A DNA stretch of 64,000 bases, from IMG/VR virus record IMGVR_UViG_3300028887_000078; one strand, written 5' to 3'. The position numbers were made by a program, and so were the translations under genes. Of this stretch, positions 48,251-57,708 are shown one piece after another (position 1 is the first letter of the stretch; every line of letters starts with the position of its first letter). This DNA comes from a virus (lineage: Duplodnaviria; Caudoviricetes). The notes beneath the pieces are model-generated. The model was given only the letters and a program-made list of their open reading frames with translations, made no database searches and was not told the DNA's origin.

Positions 48251-48648
48251 TGTATCGTCATTTTTCTTATCTGTTCAGGTGAGGGGATGCGCAATGTGTA
48301 CCACTTCGGTTCAATTCCACTGAAACCGCACTCATCGAAATACCGCTTCAGTTCTGACAGAACGTCGGTGAATGTTACATCGCTTTTGAATGTGTGTGAC
48401 TTCAACGCCGTTTTCAGGACTTTGTTGAGGGACACACTCTCCTTTCCGTTGATGTACCAAAGGCGAACCATCCTTTCCTCCCCTTTAATATACCAACCTA
48501 TATAAAGATACCTCAACCCCTCCGCGTACCTGTTTTCGCGCTTCGCTGTAACCGCGACCCTGTACGCGGGATATGTGTCGAACACGTCCTCGACTCGGAC
48601 GTTCTCCGCAATTACCTTTGCCTCTCCGTTTGATTTGCTTATCCTCAT
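48241..48648 (-). CDS. MRISE-motif family protein (MRISKS)
   Basis: Motif. Confidence 0.8.
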   Translation of the reverse strand: MRISKSNGEAKVIAENVRVEDVFDTYPAYRVAVTAKRENRYAEGLRYLYIGWYIKGEERMVRLWYINGKESVSLNKVLKTALKSHTFKSDVTFTDVLSELKRYFDECGFSGIEPKWYTLRIPSPEQIRKMTIQCE

Positions 48649-48656
48649 ATCGGTTT

Positions 48657-49142
48657 CTATGAAAAGTATTCCCCGTTGAATATGAAAAGTTCATAAATGT
48701 CCGTCCACATATCGGACGCCTTGAGGTTGTCGGGGTCGGATTCCGTCCACGAGTTGCGGTTGGCATAGTCTATGAAACCCGCGTAATTCGGGTTTCCGTA
48801 AGTGTTGTTGTATGATATTTTTGATATGGCGCCCCAACTTTCCACAATGGCGTGCGGACTGTTTTTGAACTCAAGGAAATCCTCCATCCCAGCCAAAACG
48901 AACGCGGCGTACAATTCATTGCTCATACAATCGTTGAAATACACCGGCACGATGGGGTATATTGGATTGTTGGAATCTTCGTATGTCTCCTCGCGTTTTT
49001 TCAGATTTATGCACATCTTGTATCTGTAAACGACACCATTGCCACAGTCGAGTATCCTCCTGTATTGTCCGCTCTTGTTCGTCCTGCACACGGGTCTGCA
49101 CACAGCGTTCCGCATTATGTTCCCATTGTCGCTTATCCTCAT
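48657..49142 (-). CDS. MRISE-motif family protein (MRISDN)
   Basis: Motif. Confidence 0.82.
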   Translation of the reverse strand: MRISDNGNIMRNAVCRPVCRTNKSGQYRRILDCGNGVVYRYKMCINLKKREETYEDSNNPIYPIVPVYFNDCMSNELYAAFVLAGMEDFLEFKNSPHAIVESWGAISKISYNNTYGNPNYAGFIDYANRNSWTESDPDNLKASDMWTDIYELFIFNGEYFS

Positions 49143-49151
49143 ATCCGATTG

Positions 49152-49628
49152 TCAGTTGCAATAGTTTTCTATGAATTGCGAGAATTTGGTCTTGTCCCCC
49201 ATAATTTTTACGATTTCCCGTTTGGTCGCCTTATTGATGTCGTAACCCCTGACGCGCACGCCGTCCAACACGGAATTGGCGTTTATGTATTCGGACAGGG
49301 CGTTGTAGAGTTTCTTCTGTCCATCCGCGATTTCCGCCTCCGTTGTGTAAATCGTCTTCACCTTTGTGAGATAATCGACCTGCGCCGCCGCAAAGTCGAG
49401 CATATACTTGCTTACCGATATGCCAGGCAGATACAATATCATAATGCAGACCTCTTTGTCCCTGTAAAGGCAGTCCGCGAGAATGTACAGCATTTTGCCG
49501 GGTTTCTCGCTTCCGTCGCACACGTCGTTCGCATAGCATATCGCGTCCGTGTTGTCGAACAGGTGGTAGGTGCTCTCAATGCCAACAACCTCGTCTTTGA
49601 TGTGTTCGGGTGATTCGCTTATCCTCAT
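49152..49628 (-). CDS. MRISE-motif family protein (MRISESPEHIK)
   Basis: ATG 49628. Confidence 0.82.
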   Translation of the reverse strand: MRISESPEHIKDEVVGIESTYHLFDNTDAICYANDVCDGSEKPGKMLYILADCLYRDKEVCIMILYLPGISVSKYMLDFAAAQVDYLTKVKTIYTTEAEIADGQKKLYNALSEYINANSVLDGVRVRGYDINKATKREIVKIMGDKTKFSQFIENYCN

Positions 49629-49630
49629 AT

Positions 49631-50020
49631 CTATTCGGTTTTCGTTTTCACGCTGTTTATGCACTCATAGTCCGCTCTGAATGTTCTGTACCAAAGCACG
49701 CTTGCGTTCCTGAAGCGTCTTGTGTGGTGCCGCAGATAGAACTCAAGTTCGTTCACAATCCTTTCCCTGTCGAAGTCGTATGAATTTCTGATGATTCCGT
49801 TCAATGCCATTGTCAACTGACTGTCGTGCCACCACAGGCGGACGCGTTCATTCCTCCCGTTGTTTTTGTTGAGCACCTCCATCTCAAAAAAATTCAGTCT
49901 CGACACCCTGCCGTTGTTTTGGTACGCCCTCAACTGCAAATATGCGAACAGGGTGTCGAACACGTCGTAGACGGTTTCGGCGAATTGCTGTTTCAGATGT
50001 CCTGCTTCGGTAATTCTCAT
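49631..50020 (-). CDS. MRISE-motif family protein (MRITEA)
   Basis: Motif; promoter motif 50035. Confidence 0.82.
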   Translation of the reverse strand: MRITEAGHLKQQFAETVYDVFDTLFAYLQLRAYQNNGRVSRLNFFEMEVLNKNNGRNERVRLWWHDSQLTMALNGIIRNSYDFDRERIVNELEFYLRHHTRRFRNASVLWYRTFRADYECINSVKTKTE

Positions 50021-50499
50021 TTTATTCCCTTTGGTTGAATATAATGGAAATACTTTTCATCCACTTTCACATCCGCATATTTGTTCAGTCCGTGAGACGC
50101 GTGCAAGGTCTTGAGCGTCGCCGAGTCCACTATAATATAGGGTGCGAGGACATATTCCCCCATTCTAACGAACCTGTATATGTTTGTATCATCCACTTCA
50201 GGATAATGTCTCCCTATGTATGACAGCACGATTCGTTGCAGTTCGGTGTCATTTGTCCAATCGTTTCCCTTCGTTTCTTTTCCGAATGCCTGTTTGATGA
50301 TTTCACGCAATTCCCCTGTGCAGTTGGCGTCGTCGTATATGATGTTGAACAGGTGCCTGTCGTTCCTGCAACTCTCCACCTCGACGGCAATCATACTGTA
50401 AGCACGTCGCGACGCTACGCTTTCGGTGTCGTATATCGTGTACTCACCATTGTCCTCAAGTTTTTCTATGTCAGTGATGTGCGTTTCAGAGATTTTCAT
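50017..50499 (-). CDS. MRISE-motif family protein (MKISET)
   Basis: Paralog of 17365..17814. Confidence 0.85.
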   Translation of the reverse strand: MKISETHITDIEKLEDNGEYTIYDTESVASRRAYSMIAVEVESCRNDRHLFNIIYDDANCTGELREIIKQAFGKETKGNDWTNDTELQRIVLSYIGRHYPEVDDTNIYRFVRMGEYVLAPYIIVDSATLKTLHASHGLNKYADVKVDEKYFHYIQPKGIK

Positions 50500-50926
50500 T
50501 TTTCATCAAGTATTTGTATTCAACACGTTCCAATTTATAACCGTAGTCCAAGACCGTTTTTTCGACACAACCGTCTTTGACAACTTCATTCAGCGCTGAA
50601 CCCAAAACGAAGTCGTGCCGTTTCTCAAGGTATTCCTTCACCGCGTATTCCATTTCTGTGTCTGTGCCGCCCTTCGCGGTCATAGCACCCAATCCGCTCT
50701 TCACGGTCATAGAAACCAATTTGTGAAGTTCGTCGCTGCATTTATAATAGTCCGAATTGAACATAATCGCATATCTGATTGGTTTGAGGTTCCTGCATTC
50801 CGAACGGAAGGTCACATACATACACACGTCATACTCATCGTCCAACGGGTTCCCGTGGTCGTAGAATGTGCGGTCTGCGTGATTGTCAATGCCGTACCTT
50901 ATGTTGTCGGTTTCGCTTATTCTCAT
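50486..50926 (-). CDS. MRISE-motif family protein (MRISET)
   Basis: ATG 50926; paralog of 16491..16874. Confidence 0.85.
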   Translation of the reverse strand: MRISETDNIRYGIDNHADRTFYDHGNPLDDEYDVCMYVTFRSECRNLKPIRYAIMFNSDYYKCSDELHKLVSMTVKSGLGAMTAKGGTDTEMEYAVKEYLEKRHDFVLGSALNEVVKDGCVEKTVLDYGYKLERVEYKYLMKNENL

Positions 50927-51270
50927 TTGTGAACTATGTATATGTCTCCGATTTCGTATCTGCATTCTTCCAATTTGAAGCAGTACATATTGAAAAAGTA
51001 GTCCCTTACGGAAGAGATTGTTTTAACCCGCATACGGTCTTCAAACGAACCTGATTCTATGGACTCGACAATGTCGTGCAATTCGCCTGTCATATAGTAT
51101 GTCACATACTTGACATTGAACAATATGGTTTCATTGTTCAGCGTGTCGAACACATTGACAACCATAACGGCGTCCGATTCGCTTTGGGACAGCATTGTGT
51201 CGTTCAGGTTGGCGCTTACGGTTCCTCCCATAACGGTTTCCGATAATGGCGTGGTTTCACTTATTCTCAT
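50923..51270 (-). CDS. MRISE-motif family protein (MRISET)
   Basis: Motif. Confidence 0.82.
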   Translation of the reverse strand: MRISETTPLSETVMGGTVSANLNDTMLSQSESDAVMVVNVFDTLNNETILFNVKYVTYYMTGELHDIVESIESGSFEDRMRVKTISSVRDYFFNMYCFKLEECRYEIGDIYIVHK

Positions 51271-51274
51271 AATA

Positions 51275-51688
51275 CTAAATCCAAAGTCCTGTTATATGTT
51301 TTTTCTCAAAATCATAATAACCCATAGATGTGATATAGTCGGAGATTTTTTGGATGAGTTTTTCTCACACCGAATTGTAGTTCGTTTCCCCTGACTTCAG
51401 TTTGTTTATATCGGATATTATACTTGCAATCTTCTTGCTTTGGTCGAATTGGTCGTACCAAATTTGGTATTCCCGCTCATATACGTTGTCCTTCTCCAAC
51501 CTGCTCACCTCACCGCAGGGCATAGCGGACGTCACAACCCTTATGTTCTTGAGATGCCCTGTCCCCACATAGATTCCGTCCTTTCGTTTCAAAATCTCCT
51601 TTTCAATCCATTCCCTGTCGCATACAATGAACTCGTTTCCGCTGTCCAACACGTTCTCCTTTATGTTTGTGCTTTCTGTAAGTCTCAT
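51275..51688 (-). pseudogene. MRISE-motif gene (MRLTES) interrupted by in-frame TGA at 51365-51367
   Basis: ...NYNSV*EKLIQKISDYITSMGYYDFEKKHITGLWI-TAG, ending 4 nt before the next ATG. Confidence 0.75.
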
Positions 51689-51693
51689 CGGTT

Positions 51694-52212
51694 TTATTGG
51701 TTTAACAGTTTTTTTATTTCATTTTTGAGGCATTCCTCGATGTCTTCCTCCACTTTCTTGACAACAAGGTGCCGTATGAATGCGTGTACATACTTTTTTG
51801 TGTCCACTATGCGGCACCGACCGCCGACGCATTCCCATTCATATATGTCGAAACCATTGTCGCCATCCGCAAAATAGTTGCTCAACATACGGAGGTATTC
51901 GTTGGCAATGTGTGAGAAATAACGGTACTTGTACCGTGCAGGAACGTTGTTGGTGTTTTTCTTTGCCTTTTTGTAAGCCTCGCCAAGTGTGTGTGAGTCA
52001 AATGCGCATTTGTCAAGTCCTGAACCATTGTGTTCGATTTTCAATGCAAGCGTCCGTGTTATTCGTGCGTCACACTTACTTCTTATGCACAGGATGAGGT
52101 ATTCGTTATCGCAGTCGGATTGCGTCTCACCTATGTCAATCGGGTACGGTCTTATGTCAAACCCGTTGAATATGTTGTCGTTCTTTATAATTCCTGTGTC
52201 TGTCAGTCTCAT
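51694..52212 (-). CDS. MRISE-motif family protein (MRLTDT)
   Basis: Motif. Confidence 0.82.
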   Translation of the reverse strand: MRLTDTGIIKNDNIFNGFDIRPYPIDIGETQSDCDNEYLILCIRSKCDARITRTLALKIEHNGSGLDKCAFDSHTLGEAYKKAKKNTNNVPARYKYRYFSHIANEYLRMLSNYFADGDNGFDIYEWECVGGRCRIVDTKKYVHAFIRHLVVKKVEEDIEECLKNEIKKLLNQ

Positions 52213-52216
52213 AATC

Positions 52217-52603
52217 TCATTGTTTTACAACATAGACATAGACGCTGTATTTCAAAAATTCCTCGCTGTATTTGGACGACAATGGGTGTGCGCGGATGTA
52301 TTCATAGATATAGCTGCTCGGACAGGGGTTCTCTTTGTTTCTTATGTTCGTTATGAGCGCGGACATAGGTTTGCTCATAACATCGCCGTAGTTTATGCAC
52401 ACCATTATTATATGCAGTTTGCTCAAGTTGTTGTGTGCGAACCCCTCCTTTGCTTTTATAAACCTGTGCGCATAGATTTTCAACTTGCGGTCGGTTTCAC
52501 ACATTTCGCCTTCAAGCAGATAGTTGTCGTCAAGTTCTATGCTGTCTATGTCGTCTATGCACTTTTCGTTTTCAACGATGCCTTTTCTTTCAGTCAGTTT
52601 CAT
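52217..52603 (-). CDS. MRISE-motif family protein (MKLTER)
   Basis: Motif. Confidence 0.8.
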   Translation of the reverse strand: MKLTERKGIVENEKCIDDIDSIELDDNYLLEGEMCETDRKLKIYAHRFIKAKEGFAHNNLSKLHIIMVCINYGDVMSKPMSALITNIRNKENPCPSSYIYEYIRAHPLSSKYSEEFLKYSVYVYVVKQ

Positions 52604-52607
52604 AACG

Positions 52608-53129
52608 CTATTTTTTTATAGACCATTGTGTCGCACTCACCGCCTTGTAGTACACAATGTTCTTCACTCTTGCCATTGCATACGGATGGTTGTGAAAATA
52701 CTCTGTCAGAAGTTTGTCCCTCTTTTCGCGTTCCTCCATTTCCATATATCGGCACCTTTTGTAATAATCGTCGTAATTGGCAATGGACTCCGAACCGAAT
52801 ATGGCGCCTTTGAAATTTTTGTACGCCACGACTTTTGTATGGTGGTCGAGTATCTCCTTCATCATCGGCGATTGGTATGCCTTGTCGGATGTGTATATTA
52901 TTTCACATCGGATGTAGTCTTTGTCGTCTTTGTCGAACCCATAGACAAGGTCTGTAAAACTGTCTTTGCTGTTTGGGTACTCCTTTCCGAAAACAACTAC
53001 GAATTTGTGCGAGAACTTGTCCGACGCACTTTCGCAGTCCGCGTCTGTGCGAATGTCGTACAATACGAGTTCGCCGTCGTTCTTTTCGTCGGCGATTTCC
53101 GACAGGTTTTGTGTTTCTGTTATTCTCAT
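52608..53129 (-). CDS. MRISE-motif family protein (MRITET)
   Basis: ATG 53129, 2 nt after promoter motif 53132. Confidence 0.82.
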   Translation of the reverse strand: MRITETQNLSEIADEKNDGELVLYDIRTDADCESASDKFSHKFVVVFGKEYPNSKDSFTDLVYGFDKDDKDYIRCEIIYTSDKAYQSPMMKEILDHHTKVVAYKNFKGAIFGSESIANYDDYYKRCRYMEMEEREKRDKLLTEYFHNHPYAMARVKNIVYYKAVSATQWSIKK

Positions 53130-53159
53130 ATTTGAATATAACAAAAAAATCGACTGATT

Positions 53160-53654
53160 TTATCCGAAATATATATAATCTCCGTTCCACTCAACCGCAT
53201 CGACAAAATAGTCTTCTATGCTGTCGAACGACAAAAGCATATTCGGGTGCAGACTTATGTAGTTCTTCAGTTCGCAGAAGAACCTTCTTTTGCATACAAA
53301 CGGGTCGTCATTCCCTTTATGCTTTCGGTGGCGCCAATAGGGTGCCGAATACGGGTTGGGTTCGCTTTCAATCCAAAGCAATGAGTTCGACGATTTGTAT
53401 TTTCTCCATTTTTTCAAAACCCTTTGTATGGACTGCGATTGGCAGGAATGGTGTGTGTTGTACACGATTTTCGCAAATATGGTCTTGCGCCTGTCGCCTT
53501 CAAACTTGACGAGTTCGACTGTCATATCGTCGCATTCGTCGCTCGCGTAAAGCGTGCGGGACGGCATATACTCCCTGTCGTTGAGGGTGATTTCACCCTC
53601 GTCCAGCCGTTTCGATATTCCATCTTTCACGGTGTCGGTTTCGCTTATTCTCAT
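53160..53654 (-). CDS. MRISE-motif family protein (MRISET)
   Basis: Motif; promoter motif 53673. Confidence 0.82.
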   Translation of the reverse strand: MRISETDTVKDGISKRLDEGEITLNDREYMPSRTLYASDECDDMTVELVKFEGDRRKTIFAKIVYNTHHSCQSQSIQRVLKKWRKYKSSNSLLWIESEPNPYSAPYWRHRKHKGNDDPFVCKRRFFCELKNYISLHPNMLLSFDSIEDYFVDAVEWNGDYIYFG

Positions 53655-53707
53655 AATTCCGATTCGTTTTTATTGAATATAATGGAAACGCATAAAAAAG
53701 AAACACC

Positions 53708-53726
53708 GATATATCCGCGATATATC
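53708..53726. promoter_or_regulatory. GATATATC-N3-GATATATC box (extended palindrome)
   Basis: CACC-GATATATC CGC GATATATC-GGTG. Confidence 0.75.
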
Positions 53727-53753
53727 GGTGGTTTATATTGGTGTTCACGGATT

Positions 53754-54359
53754 TCAGTTTTTCCTGAACCGTTTCCGATAGCACTTGTGGCACATAGGGA
53801 CATATTCCCCGTCGCCAATCATAATCTGCTCCCCGTCCGTTATCACTGTGTCCGTGGTCGCGTCATATCGTGCGTTCACAATCGCTTTGCTTCCGCACAT
53901 AGGGCAACTCAATTTGATTTCGTCTATGCTGTCCGCTATTTCCATAAGTCTTTTGGAACCCTCAAACAAGTTTGTCCTGAAATCCGTTCGCAGTCCGTAG
54001 CACATTACATTTATGTCAAGGTTGTCCGCGACCGCGCGGAGTTCGTCAATCTGTTTTTCGGTGAAGAATTGGCATTCGTCCGCAAGAACCCACTTCGGTA
54101 TGGTTTTGCCGCAGTTTGTCGTGACATACATACCCAAATGCTCCATAACTGCATCGAAGACATTGTCGTCCTTGCCGACGGTGACACATTCCGCAGACAA
54201 ACCCTTTATCCTTGACTCTATGCGGTTGCTTCTCGTGTCCGCCGCAGGTTTTATCAGCATAACGGGAAACCCCGCCTGTGTGAGTGAAAAATGCTGTGTT
54301 AGCAAAGTTGCCGATTTAGCGCTTGACATAACGCCGTATCTGAAATAAAGTTTGCCCAT
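53754..54359 (-). CDS. tdk: Thymidine kinase
   Basis: LYFRYGVMSSAKS, DECQF, CYGLRTDF, FEGS, C..CG and C..CY. Confidence 0.95.
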   Translation of the reverse strand: MGKLYFRYGVMSSAKSATLLTQHFSLTQAGFPVMLIKPAADTRSNRIESRIKGLSAECVTVGKDDNVFDAVMEHLGMYVTTNCGKTIPKWVLADECQFFTEKQIDELRAVADNLDINVMCYGLRTDFRTNLFEGSKRLMEIADSIDEIKLSCPMCGSKAIVNARYDATTDTVITDGEQIMIGDGEYVPMCHKCYRKRFRKN

Positions 54360-54360
54360 A

Positions 54361-54786
54361 CTATTCTCCTGTTCCGCTGTTGGTTAAAATGTCGTTTCCG
54401 TTGATTTGCGCAGTAACGGTATCCTCGCCTGTGATTTCAAATCTCACCTCGTGGTTGTCAACGTTGATATTGATTCCATCCTGTGCGTCGTTCAGGATTT
54501 CAAGACGACCTGCCATAAGTTGTTGGATTTTTTGGATATGCTCCGATGTCAGGGTGTATTCACCTATTGTGACACCCTGTGTGGTGACAACGACGTCCCC
54601 GACTCGAAGTTCATTTCCCTTCAATGCGGTCGTCGTGCTTCCGATTTCGTCCGCCGACACCAACTGACCGATGGTGTTGATTGCCTGCGCGAGAACCCTG
54701 AAATTGTTGTTGATTGTCACACGGGAGTTGTTCATACTGTCCGTGCCGAGAATTTCGGTTACTGTTATGTTGATATTGTTTGCCAT
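54361..54786 (-). CDS. Putative virion structural protein (late)
   Basis: GTDSMNNSRVTINNNF N-terminus typical of fibre/baseplate proteins; TATAAATA at 54808. Confidence 0.65.
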   Translation of the reverse strand: MANNINITVTEILGTDSMNNSRVTINNNFRVLAQAINTIGQLVSADEIGSTTTALKGNELRVGDVVVTTQGVTIGEYTLTSEHIQKIQQLMAGRLEILNDAQDGININVDNHEVRFEITGEDTVTAQINGNDILTNSGTGE

Positions 54787-54825
54787 ATTGTGAAAATTGG
54801 TTTGCTATATTTATACGCATACCGT

Positions 54826-55179
54826 TCAGGAAAATTCGATAGTATAGTATTGCGACACGAACCTTTCCGTGTTCGCGATGTTGTTGTGTATGTACCTGTC
54901 GAAAAGTCTAAACAAGTCGAAGTCGTTCGCACCCAACGGGTCTTTTTGCAGTTTGTCTATTTCATCGTTTATCTCCCTTATGTATATGGACGGGGAGTCG
55001 TACACATAAATCTGCACGTTCGCGCTCGAACTCCCTATGGCGTGCTCGCGCATATATACGGTGAACTTGTAGAGCGGTACGGATTCTTTCCATCTTCCGT
55101 CGTGTATGTCGAACCCGTCGGTTACGATTCCGCCGCCTGTACAGTTTTTCAATGTATTGTTTTCCGTTATCCTGCCCAT
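54826..55179 (-). CDS. MRISE-motif family protein (MGRITEN)
   Basis: Motif offset by one residue. Confidence 0.8.
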   Translation of the reverse strand: MGRITENNTLKNCTGGGIVTDGFDIHDGRWKESVPLYKFTVYMREHAIGSSSANVQIYVYDSPSIYIREINDEIDKLQKDPLGANDFDLFRLFDRYIHNNIANTERFVSQYYTIEFS

Positions 55180-55197
55180 AACACAATCTGTTTTTGT

Positions 55198-55632
55198 TTA
55201 TTTATGGGACGACTTTTCTTCAAGCATTTTCCTGTATGCTTCAAGTTCAGTTCCGTCTATTCCGGTCACGTTAATCTGCATTGCCTTGCACATTGACGTG
55301 AACGGGAGGAGTTTTTTCACATAGGTTCCGAGTTTTTTCCAAAAGATTGTGTTCGACGAACCGTATCCACACCAACGGTTCATCATCACGATGTCACTGA
55401 AGTCGGCGGACGGCACTACATTGAATATATCTTCGAGTTCGTAAGGTATGCTTTCGGCGTCGTATATCACTCTGACGTTCAAGTACATTTTCGTGTTCCT
55501 CATATCAATTCTCATAAGCATCCAACTCGGACATTCCGACAAAGTGGGTTCGATTATGCAAAGGGCGCTTTCGTCCGCGATTTTCCCGTTGCCTATCATA
55601 GTGCCTACGTCCGATTCGCTTATCCTGCTCAT
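55198..55632 (-). CDS. MRISE-motif family protein (MSRISES)
   Basis: ATG 55632 by ATGA overlap. Confidence 0.8.
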   Translation of the reverse strand: MSRISESDVGTMIGNGKIADESALCIIEPTLSECPSWMLMRIDMRNTKMYLNVRVIYDAESIPYELEDIFNVVPSADFSDIVMMNRWCGYGSSNTIFWKKLGTYVKKLLPFTSMCKAMQINVTGIDGTELEAYRKMLEEKSSHK

Positions 55633-56000
55633 AAATCGTTCACAAGTGTGTCGTACAGTTCCTCCGGCGTCGCAATCGACACGTCGTTTCCCTTTTCGTC
55701 TGTCAGGCAACCGCTTGTGTACTTCTTTCCGAACTCAAGGTCGTATATGAAGTATTGGAGGGTGTTGTTCTTTTCAGGAAGTTCAAATTCGGACTCAAGC
55801 GCGCCGATGAGTTCGTTTTCAAGTTCGGTGTTGTGCAGAAGTCCGAACAGGTCTACGAAGTCCATATCGTTTCTGAAACGGGAGGTGTTACGGAGCGTGT
55901 TCTCAATCCCGTCCTCGATTTCATCCGCGGAGGTTCTCGCCTTTTCAAGCGCCTTTATGATTTTGCAGAAGGTTTCCTTTTTCATTATTTTCCTTGCCAT
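55629..56000 (-). CDS. Conserved phage hypothetical protein
   Basis: YFIYDLEFGKKY...TPEELYDTL. Confidence 0.7.
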   Translation of the reverse strand: MARKIMKKETFCKIIKALEKARTSADEIEDGIENTLRNTSRFRNDMDFVDLFGLLHNTELENELIGALESEFELPEKNNTLQYFIYDLEFGKKYTSGCLTDEKGNDVSIATPEELYDTLVNDL

Positions 56001-56063
56001 ATCAGAGTGTATAAAACGTGACACTTTAATATAACAAAAAACACGCCGCTTTTAACAGCATTG

Positions 56064-56519
56064 TCAAAAAATCTCATTCCAACCTTCATCGCACCAAGGG
56101 TACCATCGGTTCTTTATCGGTATTTTCGCGACCTCGCTTGTGCAGACCGACGCTATCGTGCAGTTTTCAAGGGACGGGACGTTTTTCCCGATGTATTCCG
56201 AAAGGGTGCTGAATATGTCTCCGTTGTAGTTCAGGTTCGACTTGTAATTGTTCGGTTCGGCATTCAGTTTATCTATGACGCGCGTTATTTCAGGCGATGT
56301 TTTTTCAGTGGCGTATATGACGCAGGTGGTGGCGATTTCACTCAATATGCTCGCCACGATTTCATAAACGGGTTCCACCTTCGGCGCACCGCTCCCATTG
56401 TCCGCATAGTTGTCGAAAATGCAGATGCAGCGGAACGGTTTGCCGTTAAGGAGTTTGTCCATTTTCATCCACGCCTTGTTTCGGATGCCTATCTCTATGC
56501 AACTTTCACTTATCCTCAT
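56064..56519 (-). CDS. MRISE-motif family protein (MRISES)
   Basis: ATG 56519. Confidence 0.8.
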   Translation of the reverse strand: MRISESCIEIGIRNKAWMKMDKLLNGKPFRCICIFDNYADNGSGAPKVEPVYEIVASILSEIATTCVIYATEKTSPEITRVIDKLNAEPNNYKSNLNYNGDIFSTLSEYIGKNVPSLENCTIASVCTSEVAKIPIKNRWYPWCDEGWNEIF

Positions 56520-56913
56520 TTTCAACCAATTTCACGTCATACACCTCGAAGTCGATGTCCACTATGAACGACCTGCAATTACGCGTGATGTAATTCGCCG
56601 CGTATTTGAAGAGGGTTTCCCTGCTTTTGCAGTGGTGCTTCTTTATGACCGCATACACATCGAGTATGCAGTCCAAGCAGGTGGTGCGCATCAACAAAAT
56701 GTCGGTGAACTCGACCACGACCTTGCTGCGCTTTTCCGCGCCTGTGTCAGCGTCTTTGTATTTGACGTACAGGTGTATTTCTCCGAAATTGCAATTCTTG
56801 CCAGAATACAGTTTTTCCCCGCCGACGCCCAACCAACACTGCACGTCGTCAACGGTCTCCAACACGTCAACGTCTATCGAGTTCCTTATGTTGTCGGATT
56901 CAGTCAGTCTCAT
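56506..56913 (-). CDS. MRISE-motif family protein (MRLTES)
   Basis: Motif; EIHLY..KVVVEF..FEVYDV subfamily. Confidence 0.85.
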   Translation of the reverse strand: MRLTESDNIRNSIDVDVLETVDDVQCWLGVGGEKLYSGKNCNFGEIHLYVKYKDADTGAEKRSKVVVEFTDILLMRTTCLDCILDVYAVIKKHHCKSRETLFKYAANYITRNCRSFIVDIDFEVYDVKLVENEDK

Positions 56914-57320
56914 AATAGTTCGATTCGTTTCATTTCAATAACCCTCACGTCATACACTTCGTACTCACACATCGACAGAATGCTGTGATGCCGAAGATAT
57001 ATTTCCGCCTGTTTGAGCAGTTGCGTTTTGTTCTCGCTTGTGTCTGATTTCATAAATTCATAATAAGCACCCAAGACTATGTCTATCAAACTTGTCCGTA
57101 TTGTCCACCTTGACGAGAACTCAACCACCGCCTTGTACTTTGTTGAGGTGCGCGTTTCACGGATGTAAATGTGAAGTTCGTTCCACATCTCGTTTGGAGG
57201 CACTATGAAAGTGCCAACGCTTGTGCAGTTTATCTTGGAAACGCTTGTGTCGTTTATCGTGGTCAAGGTTTCCACATTCTCAAGCGGAACGATGTCTGTG
57301 TTCGATTCGGTCAGTCTCAT
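56910..57320 (-). CDS. MRISE-motif family protein (recent duplicate 1)
   Basis: Near-identical to 57317..57700. Confidence 0.88.
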   Translation of the reverse strand: MRLTESNTDIVPLENVETLTTINDTSVSKINCTSVGTFIVPPNEMWNELHIYIRETRTSTKYKAVVEFSSRWTIRTSLIDIVLGAYYEFMKSDTSENKTQLLKQAEIYLRHHSILSMCEYEVYDVRVIEMKRIELL

Positions 57321-57700
57321 AGTTCGATTCGTTTCATTTCAATAACCCTCACGTCATATACTTCGTACTCACACATCGGCAGAATGCTGTAGTGCCGAAG
57401 ATATATTTCCGCCTGTTTGAGCAGTTGCGTTTTGTTCTCGCTTGTGTCTGATTTCATAAATTCATCATAGGCGACCAAGACTATGTCCATCAAACTTGTC
57501 CGTAATGCCCACCTTGACGAGAACTCAACCACCGCCTTGTACTTTGTTAAGGTGCGCGTTTCACGGATGTGAATGTGCAGTTCGTTCAACACCTCGTTTG
57601 ATGGCACCCTGAAACTGCAAAGTTGTATGTCGTTTATCGTGGTCAGGGTTTCCGCATTATCAAGCGGAACGATGTCTGTGTTCGATTCGGTCAGTCTCAT
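57317..57700 (-). CDS. MRISE-motif family protein (recent duplicate 2)
   Basis: Near-identical to 56910..57320. Confidence 0.88.
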   Translation of the reverse strand: MRLTESNTDIVPLDNAETLTTINDIQLCSFRVPSNEVLNELHIHIRETRTLTKYKAVVEFSSRWALRTSLMDIVLVAYDEFMKSDTSENKTQLLKQAEIYLRHYSILPMCEYEVYDVRVIEMKRIEL

Positions 57701-57708
57701 AGTTCTTG

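Noticed and set aside
56910-57700. Diversity-generating retroelement TR/VR pair
   Set aside because: Both copies are full ORFs, the differences include an indel and are not adenine-specific, and there is no reverse transcriptase in the window.
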